From: Azolla caroliniana | Lineage: Eukaryota > Plantae > Polypodiophyta | DNA length: 64,000 nucleotides | Direction of reading: 5' to 3' | NCBI GenBank assembly: GCA_043228905.1 | Contig: JBHGNT010000006.1 | Coordinates: 7,502,001 to 7,566,000, forward strand | Shown here: positions 25,012 to 37,989 of the stretch, one piece after another | Position numbering within the stretch: position 1 is the first letter of the stretch | How the letters are laid out: each line of letters starts with the position of its first letter | Notes under the pieces: model-generated | The model's database searches: none | What the model saw: only the letters and a program-made list of their open reading frames with translations | What the model was told of the DNA's origin: nothing | Translations under genes and position numbers: made by a program

Positions 25012-26448
25012 ATTGCTGGTTACACAAAACTTCAATCAATTAAAGGGATGCTTTTAACACTCCTAGTTTTAAGCATTTTATTTGCGTTTATTATTCTATA
25101 TGGTTATCGAGCATTTTGCTTCTTTCCACCACCCCCATGTGATGTTAATGAGGATTTACTATTTTGGTAGAATAACAATCGATCAATAAGTCCCTTTCCA
25201 ATGTAAATGAGAACTTGAACTCTTTACGGATAACATGGAGATCAATATTATTTTTGGATTAACTAATGTATTCTACTTTCCATTGTTAAGTGAAATGAAT
25301 TTGCCAAATGTTCCCTAACTGGTTTTAAAAAAATTAGGAAATGATTATGTGAATTCCATTCTCCTTAAAGGTGAAGAGATTTTGTGTGGCATAGAGCTCT
25401 TGTTCATGAGATCATTATGAATATGATTTAATTGATGTAACAATATTTTTTTGGGCAAACGTTTTTTGAGATATAATGAATGTCATTTGTGCAAATTTGA
25501 AATGTGGCAAATACATTATAATTTTTTAACCTTTGTGGATTTGAACATAGTGAAAGGTTCTTAATAATGTGGGTAAAACAATGTATTTTCACTTAGTACG
25601 CTCAAGAATTCTCACTTCTAGGGCTCAATAGATATTGTGACAGTTTAGTTTATTCTTTTAAGTGGCAGTTCCAGCAACTAAGTGCTGGCCTATCAAAGCA
25701 TATGTCTAATAGGTAGTTTGTTTTCTGACATTGACATTCGCAATCAAACATCCCTAGGTTGGAGTACAAGATTCAGGTTTGTGTCACAACTAGGCAATAG
25801 CACTTGTGTTCATTGTATGTGTCCTAATAAAGCCATCTTCGAACTCCACTGTTTGTGTCTTATCATTTTCCTTTATCATTTTCCTTTATATTATACATCA
25901 TTGATAAATTGGAATGCATCTTTCAACTGAGAGGTGTTTGACCCAGTGTTCTTCTAAGTTATCCAACGGTCTAACATTGCCTTCTACACCTAATTCACCT
26001 TTTAATACTTCTCAGCATGTTCTTTACGCTTTAACTAAATCATTCATAGGAAACTCCGAAAATTTCGTTAGTGTTTTTTGGTTACATCCCTTTTTGGTGA
26101 AATATTCCCTTTTCACCCTTTGGGATCTGCTACGTTGTCACTAGAACTTTTCCTTTTAAACTTGTAAATGTATGAGGTACAGTGCTTCACTTTGTTGTAA
26201 TGCTTCCAGCTAAGATTATCCATGTTTGGAATTTCCTTTGTACAAATATTAACATATTTAAGAGCAGGTAGAGTCTATATAATTTAAGAAATGTACGAGG
26301 TATTTCATGTCCCCTGGACCCTATTATTAAGGGTTACGTTTGCACATGGATATACCATTGTTGACCAAATTTGCACCTCCCTACTCCCAAAAGTATACAA
26401 ATGAACATTTGGGCTTTTGGATTAGCCATATTCCTCCACATAATTCCA

Positions 26449-29400
26449 TCAAATATCCACTGGTACATTTAAAGGAATGCCTGGTTCAGGCACCAACACT
26501 TGAACATCCACAGAGTCCTTTTGAAGCAAATCCTGCACCATTGGAAGTAGAATCCTTACGGTACATGTACTAGATAAATTAACTCGTAGCTAATGAATAT
26601 ACTTCTTCATCACATGAATAAACCTATAATACTATAAGGAACAAATTCACAGATTTTCCTACCTTGAACTCTTCTACTGTGCCCTCTGCAGAAACAACTT
26701 TTGATAGAATACCCTTGGCCTCCAGATTCCCATTTAGCAATGGCACAACAAATCTGCAAATATCCAAGATATATTTCAGCCAAAGAAATTAATTTAAACA
26801 AGTTGAGTATTGAAGACCTTTAATATAACACAATAACCTTACTTTGGTTGTAATAGCTTTACAAGATCTACTGCATCTTGCTGTCCAGAAACTAAAGTGT
26901 AACCGCCTAAAATAATTTGCTTTACAACAGGTGTAATCACAACATTTGCCCTTTCATTTCGCAAAAGGGATTGATCATAAACACAATGTGGCTCAAAATA
27001 AATACTGAAGGAGGGTTCCTTGGACTCCACAAAATAGCTGTCAGAGTTAACAGATTAGTGCACATAAGTAGTCAATTTGGGTACTCTTATTGCTGACAAT
27101 AAAGCAAGCATAAAAGGTTACCCATTTTCTGGTCTCTGCCAAGGAGGACCAAGTACTGGACCAGCAGATGCACGAATCCTAAGCTCTATCTTGTTTTTTC
27201 CAATGAAGTCAATACTATTACCAGGTTCCAAATAAACCACCTACAAATTACATACCCAATAATTTAATGATCACCAAACAAGGCTCATAAATAGATGGAA
27301 AACATCTGAACCACTCTGATTTATTTTATTTTCACAAAATATCCCCGAGTTTCCATTATTTCATTGAAACACCGATTTTCCACTCATCCCTTTTTCCACT
27401 CTTTTCGTGATTGAACAAGGGTGTTTCAGAAATATAACGAAAAATCAGAGCTACTTTGGCCTTTTCCTTACATTGAATTTGTGGAATACCATGATATCTA
27501 CATTATACCTTCTTAAAGAGCTTACTCAATATCTCCTCAGCATTAGGGGTAGAAATTACTTGAATATCTGGAAACATCCTTGACAATGGCTCCAAAGTTT
27601 TTACATGGCAATGATCGTCATAATTCTGGGTTATGAGTAACAACTCTAACTCAGGCAGATCCTCCAACTGTTAAGCACAAAACTACAATTACGTTTTGAC
27701 AATATTTTCAAGAATAATCATCACACTAATATCAACCGAACACATTTAAGTGTGAATGTCATTTTTACAGACAAGGCTTATCATGGGTGCAATAGATGTG
27801 GAATATTGTGGCTGGTACAAGTTCACATAGTTGTAGCCAAAACCCTGAATAACATTACTCAATCCTTTGCATTCTTATTCTTTTACAGATGTCTTATTAA
27901 CCAATTACATATGCTATCCAAAACTATCTAGCATGTAGCAACAAGCTTGAAAACTTGATGACCTAGAAGAATGATCAATCCAGAAAGTAATACCTTAAAC
28001 TCTTTCAGCTTCCTTCTGCTAGCATCATAAAGCAATGGCATGCCAAAATCAAGATTCCCAACCAGCACTGGATCAATCAAAATTTGTAATCCTAAGATAT
28101 TCCAAATCCAAGTATTTGCCTGCATCAGAATATTAGATTCCCTTATGGAGTTATATTGAAGACAATGGTTCATATAATCACGTGAACAATTGGAATTTCA
28201 TTTGTATGAATTCAATCAGATAGACTATCATCGCTATTTACTATGGACATGGTATTTACAAAAAAAAATTATATTGCCTAATCGACCCAAAAAAGAGCTG
28301 ATTAATACAGAAAATAAAATCTAGTGATCATCAATTAAAATGGATTGCCTAATAAACAAGATCTCTTGCTAGAAAACAGGGGTTTCTTTAAAACTGAAAG
28401 AGATTACATCCAGAGAAGTATATTTTCTCACACAAAGACGGAAGGGGGATTCTTCATTCATTTCTGAGATATCCTCAACAACTGAAAAGGATTCACGTTC
28501 AGATAAGTAAGCTTTCTATTACAAGAAGAGGTGTTTTCCATTCTTTCTGACATCTTCATAATAACTAAACGGATTCGCCCCCAGATATGTAAGCTCCTCT
28601 CACCACAGCAGGAAACTTCCATTCAGTTCTAAGCCATTCTGAACTGAAAGGGATAAACCCACTCTCATAGGAAGAGGAATTTTCATTCATTTCTGTAATG
28701 TTCTCAATAATTGGAAACAATTACTTCTAGATAAGTAATGTGTGTGTAATGTTGTGAGTATTCATGTGTGACAATTGTTTGGGTGTTCATGCGCATATAT
28801 GTGCACTTGTGGTCCAACTGACAATTGTTTGTGTTACTTATAACATTTATTGGTGCTCATGGAATAATAGTGCTGATCTTAATTTGGGTGAAGGCACATA
28901 TACATATATATTCGTTTTAATGTGCACGTGTATGATATGTATAATTTGGGTGTACAGGGTTTGAGTGTGTTTACTTTAATTATGCACGGACGAACATGTA
29001 CATGTAACTTGCATGCATGTGTAGAATTATTTGAAGAAAGGTGGCTATATGTAACAATATGCGTAGTTTGTGTTTATGTTTGTATTGGGTATTTGTCAAG
29101 GTAGTTTAAGATTTTCATTTTATTTTGTGAAATAATTTAGTATTCTTGGTATTTGTTAAAATTGAAGGGTAATTTGGGAACATAATGTTCCCTAGAAGTC
29201 TGTGTAGGGAAACGTGAGTTGAAAGGGTAATCAGTGTGAACCCAATCCCAATGCCAAGCCTTGGGTCTGGTAGCCAAATCGAGTCTAGGTTTGAGTAATC
29301 AAACCAGCTCATGTAGACAATGAAGAGAATAGACGTTGATCTCCTCGTCTGCCACAGTCAATGACGCATGCAATGCTCATCAAGTAGCAGTGTGATTAAT

Positions 29401-32400
29401 TAAACCCTCTTCCGAGTGTCGTGGAGACACCTTGCATGAGGGATTCAAGGCCAACTCTTGATCAAGGGCAATTATACCCAAAAAGATAGCTTCTGAAAAA
29501 GCAATATCCTTTGCTCTAGTCACTATGCTTATCGTTAACCATAACCATAGCTGATTCCACAAGATTCTTCATGGCAACTTTCAATACACAAAATCGAAAC
29601 TTTGGGAGTTGAGTAGTCTACTCAGATCCACAAGAAAGAGTGTCTCTGCATTACATTCTCTCGTAGAGAGCCTAACCAAGCACTTCTTTCGTGTTGAGTC
29701 CTAGCAGACAACAAGTGGCCCGTTCAGCAAACAAAAAAGAACGTCTTCGCAGATCCCACAAGAAAATGAACATTTTCATTCGTGGATAGCCTTGCCAATT
29801 AACTTCTTGTGAGCCAACCTTATTAGATCAACTCACCAACAGTTTCACAAGGGAATCCCCCATCTTCTTTTTGTTGCTTCATTATTCACACATAGTTCAT
29901 CTGCAGATAAAACTTAGACATATATGTCCATGTAAATTTGGTTTAAAGAAGTTTAAGTAGATTAGGAGGAAGAAAGTGATTATAGATCTCGCAAATTACA
30001 AAACGTGTTTTGAATCAAAATTAAACCAGATTACATTAGATTTTGAGCCCGTTTACTTAGTGTAAGAAGAATTTAAGATACCAAAAATGGAGAGTTGAGG
30101 AGATTCCCTTGATCTAGCATAGCGAGTCTACAATCGATGACATCACCATGGTCATCATAGGGCTCCTACATGCCCTTGTGATTCACTATCCCAAGATATT
30201 CACTTTGTTGTCAAAGTGAAAGTGTTCGAAATCCAAAACTTGCGAACCTGAACAAACTCTTTTGCTCATTATATTACTTTCAGAAGCTCTTTTCCAAAAA
30301 ATATAAATGTACCCTCTCTCCTTAGCACGCGCTATTTCTTTTTCTCTTGAGCATGCACTTTTTCTTTTGTTGCATGGATCCATGGCTTCTGCAAAATGTA
30401 TGTCAACTTGATTGCATGCTTCCTGACCGTCAGTTATGCAAGCTCACTTTTCGTGGCTTTTGAACCCTTGATCCTTTTGTTACCAATGGCTAGCTCTAAC
30501 TATTTAAACTGTGTTTTGTTGTCATCTTAATCTTTTTCTTTTCCCTTGTTCCCAGAACCTCCAACCTTCATAAACTCCACACTTTCTCTCTTCACATGAC
30601 ATCCACCCCCACAAAAATAAGGCATGGGCAAAGCAGTTGTTGTGATGAGGTCGTACTTCCTTTAGATTGCCTGCTTTTCCTTATTCTTACTTAGTTATAC
30701 AGTCAATCAATAAGGTTCATACAAATCCATGGGCCTCTTTATCTTTTGCCTTCTAGATTCGCCATACCCACATTGACCACCCAATCCACCATGTGCATTT
30801 TATCCACCGTTTATATGCCCAAGCATACCCTTGACAGACATAGCTGCCTCTTTCCCAATCATAACCCGTCTAATCTGATGTATGCCCCACCCTCTTCTCT
30901 TCTATCCCCAAGATCATGGTCGCAACATACATGTCTTCTATTGATCTTCATTTCGTAACTTTGTCGTGTGCCTTATGGGCTTAGTTCTCACACTGACCTT
31001 CACTTCCTCGTGAGACACTAGTCGATTCAAGTGCATCCTTGTAACAAGGCTCATTGTAGTCTTCTTCATGTGACCCCATTGGGTCCCATCTCTTCTCATG
31101 AACTTGTTTTTAAGAGTTCCACTCGACTTTTGTTCTTACCCTTCTACCTTGTTGAAAAACATTTGGAGCTCCAGCTAGAAGCTTGAGTGGCACTCATTGA
31201 GGCGCCCACAACCTGTATATTATTGAGATCTTCTATTTCGTTCACCCTTTCATCAGACTCCGAACTAGACATATGGTGTTGTGGTCGACTGGCACCGCTG
31301 TGCAGGCAATGGTCTCATTTGCACCACATGCAGTGGGTTTAATTTCAGAGCCACTCTTGTCTTTTTCATGGTCTTTTGTGAGGTTATGCTTCCCAGTTTC
31401 CTTCTCATACATTGATCGAACTGTCCCAGCTTATCGATGTCCAAATTGTGGGATTCGGCGTTTAGTCATATTGTTTATCCTCTTCCTCTAACCTTTCTTT
31501 GTCTATTTCTTTCTCCAATGCATTCATCTTTTCTTCAATGATCTTCTCTTTGGCTGAGGTCCTCAACATAGTTGGGTTTAGGCTCAAAGCCTCAGAGATG
31601 GCAATTGTGCTATCATCGGAACTCACAAACTCATCTCAATTCCTGGCTCCTCTGCCATCTCTTCCGTTGGTACGTTTTACCTCTAGAAGAAATAAATTGC
31701 CAATTGTGTGTCATCAAGGAGTAGAACATGAAGAACACTATGTCTGTCATTGTACTTTTTTTTTATAAAATAAGAGGGAGATAAGATTGTCTCTTTAACC
31801 AAGGCTTTGGCTTGCTACATAAGGTAATGGAATATGACGACCAATAATATCTGGGACTATTCATGCTAGGACTGAATTGGACAACAATACAACCACACAA
31901 GCTCATCATCAATGATTAATCACAACTTTCTTTAGCCCCATTATTCCTACTCATGCTACAAGAAAATCAAGGGTTACATAAGTAGGCCCCCGATCAGGAC
32001 ATTACAAAGGGTTTAAAATAGAACAGGCAATAGCAATTTGTCATGCACAAGGCCCTGGCATCATGGACCACGATTTCACCACCTATATTATTGACAAATA
32101 ACAGCCATTATCTCCTGCCATCGCAGGTGCTTCCTTTGCTTCATAGATCTATCCATTTTGGATCGACCTATGGTAGAGAACTTTCAAAAACAAAAAATTC
32201 TATCTAGTTGGCTTGATAATGTTACATGTATTGATAATGAGATTCTTTGGTCACGTTTTATTTTGTTTACTTTTTTACTTAGTTACATTTATTTTGGTTT
32301 ATTCTCAAAGAAAAGAAAACATTTTCAGATGTAATCTCTGGTTTGATTCTTATGTGCCATTTTGGCTTTCTCAAAAAGATAATATATCTTTCTTTTTCAA

Positions 32401-35400
32401 GCTCCTCTTTGGATATCTCTTAAGTACAGTGGAGCTTGAGCATGTAGCCTCTCAGATGCTTGTTGTTGACTCTTCTAAACAACTTTCAACCTTCTACCAA
32501 GTATAGTGGCTCCACTTGTCGTGTTATCATTGAGACTGTTCCAAAACTCCCCCTCGTCTATTGTGAGCATGGTTTTGCCTAGGTTGGAAGCTTCAGAGAT
32601 GCACATCATCATATCATTGGACCTTCCCTAGGAGCCTTGCCCTTACTTTTTATGTTTTCTTTGGCTGCTTCCTTATCACATGATGAGGAGAAGGTGTGTG
32701 CCACCCCCTCGCCTTTCATCAATTCCTATAGCTCTGCTTGAGCCTTCTTATTGGCACCAATTTTACCTTTTAGTTTATAAAGCTTTCTATTGATCATTTC
32801 TTTCATATCAAGGACCGAAGTGCTTCCAAAAAGGCAGTGGATTCTATCTAATGAGTGGAAAACTTATAGACCATGAATAAGTAGCTGGTATACAGGCTGC
32901 AACCTTGCCACCCTGGAGAACATCCTCAAGATTCTCCACGAGCTTCATGAGGCCCAGGAATCAAGCAAACTCTCTGCCACCTATCCACATTTGGCTGATT
33001 TACAGCAATGAAAAGCAGTACAGACACCATCCTCACATTTGAATCCACCAAAGACTCAAGAAAGGTGACTGAGGGATACTACAAATGCACACGAGCCATG
33101 GAGACGAAGCTCGTTAAGTACAGAGACCAGGTTAAAGCCGTGGAGAAGAAGGCATGAGAGTCACCAAGAAACCAAGTAGCAGACAGGCACACCACTTAGC
33201 CAAAGAATGGGAGTCAATTATGGAGCACCATCTCAAAGATGAGACAACACTTAAGATGTAATCTCTTCTTTGGTCTTATAGGCCATTTTGGCCTCTTAAA
33301 AGACGTTAAGATATCTTTCTTTCTAAGAAGCATTTGCAGAAAACCATCACGAAGGAGGCCAGGATCCTGACAACAAATCAACAACTCTGTACAGTAGAAC
33401 AATGCGCCAACACAACCGAAACCTGCTTGACCGATTCCAAGGTACATCAACTAGTGGTACAGTTAGTTGATGTGGTCATTGCATCAAAGAAATGGAAGAA
33501 TTTACAACGGTGAACATCTGAGCACTACAAAAGGCCCATGCTACTGTGAAGGACATACAATATTCCGGTTCAACAAACAGCAGTTCACTGCCAACCAGAT
33601 TATCACCGACATGCAGCTGAAACTGCAATCCACCAACCACCTTGCATGCCACACCAATGATCAAATTCACTAAACACTTGTGAATTTCTGCTAGATGATG
33701 ACCACAACCCTGGACAGCACAATTCAATCAGCAACCTACAACATCAGCCACTGATGTCACCGACCAACAACTATTATGCGCTCATAAAGAGAACCATAAG
33801 GTTCACAGCAAAGCGGTATATTTCCTAGACCTTGAAAAGGTAGCTGAATATGAGCTGAGATCAAATTTGGGTACATAGAGCTTTATGCAGCCACTGTTGC
33901 CGAAATTCGGAAGCTACTTGGGAATCTGGACAAGACTTGCATGAAGCTCGCCAATCAGATACAGACTGAGCTAAACTTGATTGAAGAAGACCGCCAAACC
34001 AACAAAGCAACCATCCCCGTAGAGCCCAATACGCCCACGGCTGGTGTTACTCCTGGAGAACAGTCCCAGTCAGACCCTCTCATCATCAGCTAATGTTGGT
34101 AGTCCGGCAGGTATGAGGTGGCTAGAATGCCATAGGGTAAAACAATAAGAGAATTAACATACTTAATCAACCAATGCGGGTGTTTTTAGTATGACAGAGA
34201 CTGCAGGTCAGTTGACCCAACAAGTAAAATATTAAAAGAAAAATGGCAAGATAGGTAGGTTCATGCAAGACATGCAAATGAGATCACAAACAAAGGGAGA
34301 GCAAAAGCATTGGAGCGAGAATGCTGGCCAGAGTGGTGTCTCATCCTTCCCAAACTCACAATAAGAGTATGAATGTCCTTGGGTGGTATATCTAAGCTAG
34401 AAATCCAGTATCATAATGTGTTGCGATCTGTAGTTTGTGCAGATTACAAAGAATGGAATAATCATTGGCAGGGTGGATCAGCATAAGTAGCAAAACCCCA
34501 TGGCAATGGTAGAGAATAGCTGTCATCAGCTATTGATGCCACACACAAAGGACACAGGATGAACAACCAAATCAGGAAATTTGTCTTTTTGGGGTTCATT
34601 CACTAAAAGGATTTCCTACACAGTGTTTCCACAAGAGAGATTTCCATTCATTAATGAAATTTTCTAAGTACTTTTGACGGGGGTGATTTTCTAAACTGCA
34701 GGTAAGGATTCCTCCAGATAAATGTTCTACCTAAGATAGGGGGTTTTCCATTCACTCTATATAACTGAAAACGATTGCCTCCAAATCATGTGGCAGGCTT
34801 CTTTCACAAAAGAGATGGTGTTTTAATTCACTTCTAAGAGTTTCTAAAAGACTGAAAGAGATAGTTCCTAGCCAGAATCCATTTGAGGTTCCCTAAGTAG
34901 CTAAACAATATTTACCTCCTGATAATTATTCATGTCTGAGATTTGTGAAACAAGGAGGAGGATTTCACATCCGATAAGAGAACTGTCCAAAGAAAAGAAG
35001 AGATTTTCCATTCGCTTGTAAGATTGTCCAGCAAAGTATTTACTTCAATTCGCTTCTTAGTTTATTTTAGGAAACAGTTTGTGTTTGTTCATTTGTGATT
35101 CTGGTTACAAAAGGAACAAAAGGATTAATTCCATTTCGTCCTTAAAATGTTTTGGAAAGGTCCATTCTCCGTTCACTTCTTGCATTGTTTGGGAAATGGT
35201 TGTTTACATCCATTCAATTATGATTTTGTTTAGCAAATGATTACTTTCATTCAACCCTGAGATCTTCAAAAAATCATTACATCCATTCATTTGTCGAATT
35301 GTTTAGAAAAGGACTTACCTCAAGATAAGTAAGCTGGAGAGGAGCATCTAACGATGGAGTTTGAATACTTGTAGGTTGATCTGCAGTTCGAGAAGATGAG

Positions 35401-35806
35401 GATGCTAAGGACCTTTGACCAGACAATATAGAGCTACAGACAAGGTGCAAAAGGCCACATGATCACTCGACTGTGTCAAATGAAAATGAAGGAGCGAAAG
35501 GTACGAGAGAAAAGTAAGTAGAAAAGAATAAATCTGCAATATAAGACAGGGGAGAGGAACAAAGATGTGGAAGAAAACTCAAAAGTAAGAAACATAAAAG
35601 GTATTTGCAAAGAATGGGAGCATCTAGCATTTGGTAAGGAAGGGCGGAAGTAAAATTTACCTGGAGATACGAAGGCAAGGAGGCCATGGATCCTTCCTGG
35701 CGAAAGAAATTCGAAGAGCTTGAGGCTGAAGGCGATGATGATGATGATGAAGATGTGGAGAAGAAGAGGAAGGAGAAGGAGAGCAGGAGAGGGAGAGGGA
35801 AGCCAT
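26449..35806 (-). CDS. Metallo-beta-lactamase-fold hydrolase (At1g29700-like), predicted plastid transit peptide, 8 exons, ~344 aa
   Basis: Exons 35806-35661, 35433-35319, 28119-27994, 27667-27509, 27240-27122, 27037-26843, 26753-26663, 26532-26449; all GT-AG and phase-consistent (1035 nt). Protein: MASLSLSCSPSPSSSS..., LTYLEANTWIW...ILIDPVLVGNLDFG, LLITQNYDDHCH, AGPVLGPPWQRPENGY, YFEPHC, VITPVVKQ, LVSGQQDAV. Confidence 0.92.
28395..28738. repeat. Degenerate ~80-bp minisatellite in intron 2 of the MBL gene
   Basis: About 4 units of ttccattc.tttctga...aactgaaa.ggatt..c..ccagataagtaag. Confidence 0.75.
29100..34100. mobile_element. Nested, highly degraded retroelement-like remnants in MBL intron 2
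   Basis: Broken non-host frames and an LTR/PBS-like junction (minus strand ...tgatgacaca attggcaat near 31700). No clean domain could be assigned. Confidence 0.3.
34600..35335. repeat. Second, more degenerate block of the same minisatellite, running into exon 2
   Basis: Recurrent ttccattca.ttct, aactgaaa and gatt.cctccagataa; ends in aaaaggacttacctcaagataagtaagct, the exon 2 donor junction. Confidence 0.65.
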
Positions 35807-35820
35807 GGGGGATGATGATG

Positions 35821-35826
<6 letters not shown>

Positions 35827-35862
<36 letters not shown>
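35827..35862. repeat. (GA)n microsatellite in the 5' region of the MBL gene
   Basis: Pure GA run just upstream of the ATG at 35806. Confidence 0.95.
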
Positions 35863-35866
<4 letters not shown>

Positions 35867-36315
35867 ATCCTTAGAGAGAGGAGGAGGAGGAGGAGGAGGG
35901 CATGGCGTGGCTGTGTGTCAGCCTCTCATTCATTTCCATTACATAATTTCTCTTTCTTCATTTTCACAGGAGAGAGAACAGGGGAGAGTGATCCCCTGTT
36001 CCTTTCCTTTAGACATGAGCACAGAGAGAGAGAGAGGTGGAGGTGAAGCTTGAGGTGCCATCATCATCATCATCATTCATTCATTCAATCTATCATGTAT
36101 CATTCATTCAATCTATCATGTATGTATGTATGTATGTATGTATGTATGTATCCAAATCCTAAAGAGGCTTGATGAGTGAATCATGACCACATATGGCCTA
36201 TGACGTGTGCGATTTGCACCGTCAGATCTTCACCTAAAAAAGCTTGCAAGTTTCCGATCGATAGCCCGACGACTCTTGACAACCTTTGTCACCAATAGCC
36301 CAACTTGGCAGTAGC

Positions 36316-36812
36316 TAACAATCGGCAACGGTTTGGTTCCCGAACCGCAAAACCACGGCTTCACGGTTTAAACGGTTGGGTTCAGGTTCGGGTTTTTTTT
36401 CAACGGTTCAGTTCGGTTTCAATAGACAGAAACAACCGCGGTTTTAAACGGTTTTTTATTTTATTTTATTTTAAAATTTTATAAAAACATTTTTTAAAAA
36501 AATCAAAAATTTTGTTTTTAAGCAATCTTTTCATTTTCATGCCTTATTCGCATATTTTTAGAAAATCTTTAAATTTTTGAAAATTTAAATAATGAAATAT
36601 TTTAAATTTTTAAAATTTAAAATTTGACTTGAGCTGAAAACCGAAACCGAACCACGAAACTGCGGTTTTACCAGTTTAATGGCTACGGTTTGATTTATTT
36701 TTTTAATGGTTCGGTTTAACGGTTTCATGGTTCGGTTCGGTTCATGATTCAAAATTTTAAAATGGTTCGGTTTTGACCCTCTCTAACTTAACCGAATGGT
36801 TGCCGATTATTA
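36316..36812. mobile_element. hAT-type MITE
   Basis: TIRs TAACAATCGGCAAC / GTTGCCGATTATTA; 8-bp TSD gcagtagc (36308-36315) / gtagtagc (36813-36820); AACCG/CGGTT subterminal repeats; AT-rich core. Confidence 0.85.
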
Positions 36813-37139
36813 GTAGTAGCCCTGATCGGCTCAATGCAATACTCAAAACAGTAGCCTGGGCGAGTCAAGGTTGTAGCCCAACTCGAAGCCTGACATCAAA
36901 ACTTCAAAAAGCGTGTACGTCTAAAAAAATAGTTGACATCAATATCTCAAAGTTTTAGATACATAAAACTTCCACCATTAAAATAAAAACACGTGCAAAT
37001 CAATTTCCCAATGTAAAACAAAAAGTAAGAGGTCATTCCAAACACCTTTCCATCTCACATTTTACCTTGTCATTAAAATTTCAGCCACGAAAAAACCAAA
37101 AATGTGTTTTGAACATACTAGAAACTTCAAATTGCACAA

Positions 37140-37930
37140 ATTTCCAACCACAAAAAGTTTCAAAGATCATAAGCTAGAAAAAACCCTTGATGCAGCCACA
37201 AGTTTTGCACCCTTGAAGTAAAGGTCAAGCCATCACAATGGAAACACCGAACCTTCTCAATCTCACATATTGAGAACTGCCTAGCTCAACTGCACTTGTG
37301 TAGTCTTCCAACATGAGATTTGAATGTGTGTGGGGAGCTGGTAGTAAGTTATTGTGAAATGTCAAGCATTGCTACTCTTTTTCACACCAATTTGTTACTT
37401 CAAACTTGTGGATCTTGTGCCTACCTCGTTGGTTGATTTCGGTGCACCTAAACTATACAACTTTTGTGACAGATCTACCAATGTTTGCATACAATCCTCA
37501 ACAGTAACCCAATCAAAGGATCTAAACCCTTGCTTGAGCCATTGAATAGATTCTCTACCTGTTTGCATTTGAGACTTCCATGTTTCATGTTAGATGGTTC
37601 TACCTTTGACCCCACAATTGGTTTTGCCTCTTTTTGCATGTATGTAATTGTGATATAATTCGTTTGGGGTCGCATGATCTATAAACAGTGGCGACCCACA
37701 TGGGGATGGCATATGCCTCTCAATGATCATCCGAATTTTGAGTAAATGCTTACATTTACTTGCAAGGTCTTGCCAATTACAATAAGAGCATTGGAGCGAG
37801 ACATTGTATCATAGAGTGGGAGTAGTCATGCTCAATATTCTAAACCAATATCAAGCCTCATCCACAATATGCATTGTCTTGGTACCAGTCACGTACCTTT
37901 CAAGTATCCTCTTGGCATATTCAAGTATTG
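37140..37930 (+). mobile_element. Gypsy (Tat-like) LTR/PBS fragment
   Basis: ...aaaca gTGGCGACCCACATGGGGA at ~37688 resembles Tat-clade PBS sequences; boundaries approximate. Confidence 0.4.
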
Positions 37931-37989
37931 ACCTTTGATCCCTACAATTTGCACAGGGCACAAATCTACCACTCTGACATATTTCTCGC

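Noticed and set aside
35463-35687. ORF MASLPSYLQ as the start of the MBL gene
   Set aside because: Wrong phase for exon 2 (leads to a stop); the ATG at 35806 gives a transit peptide and the correct phase
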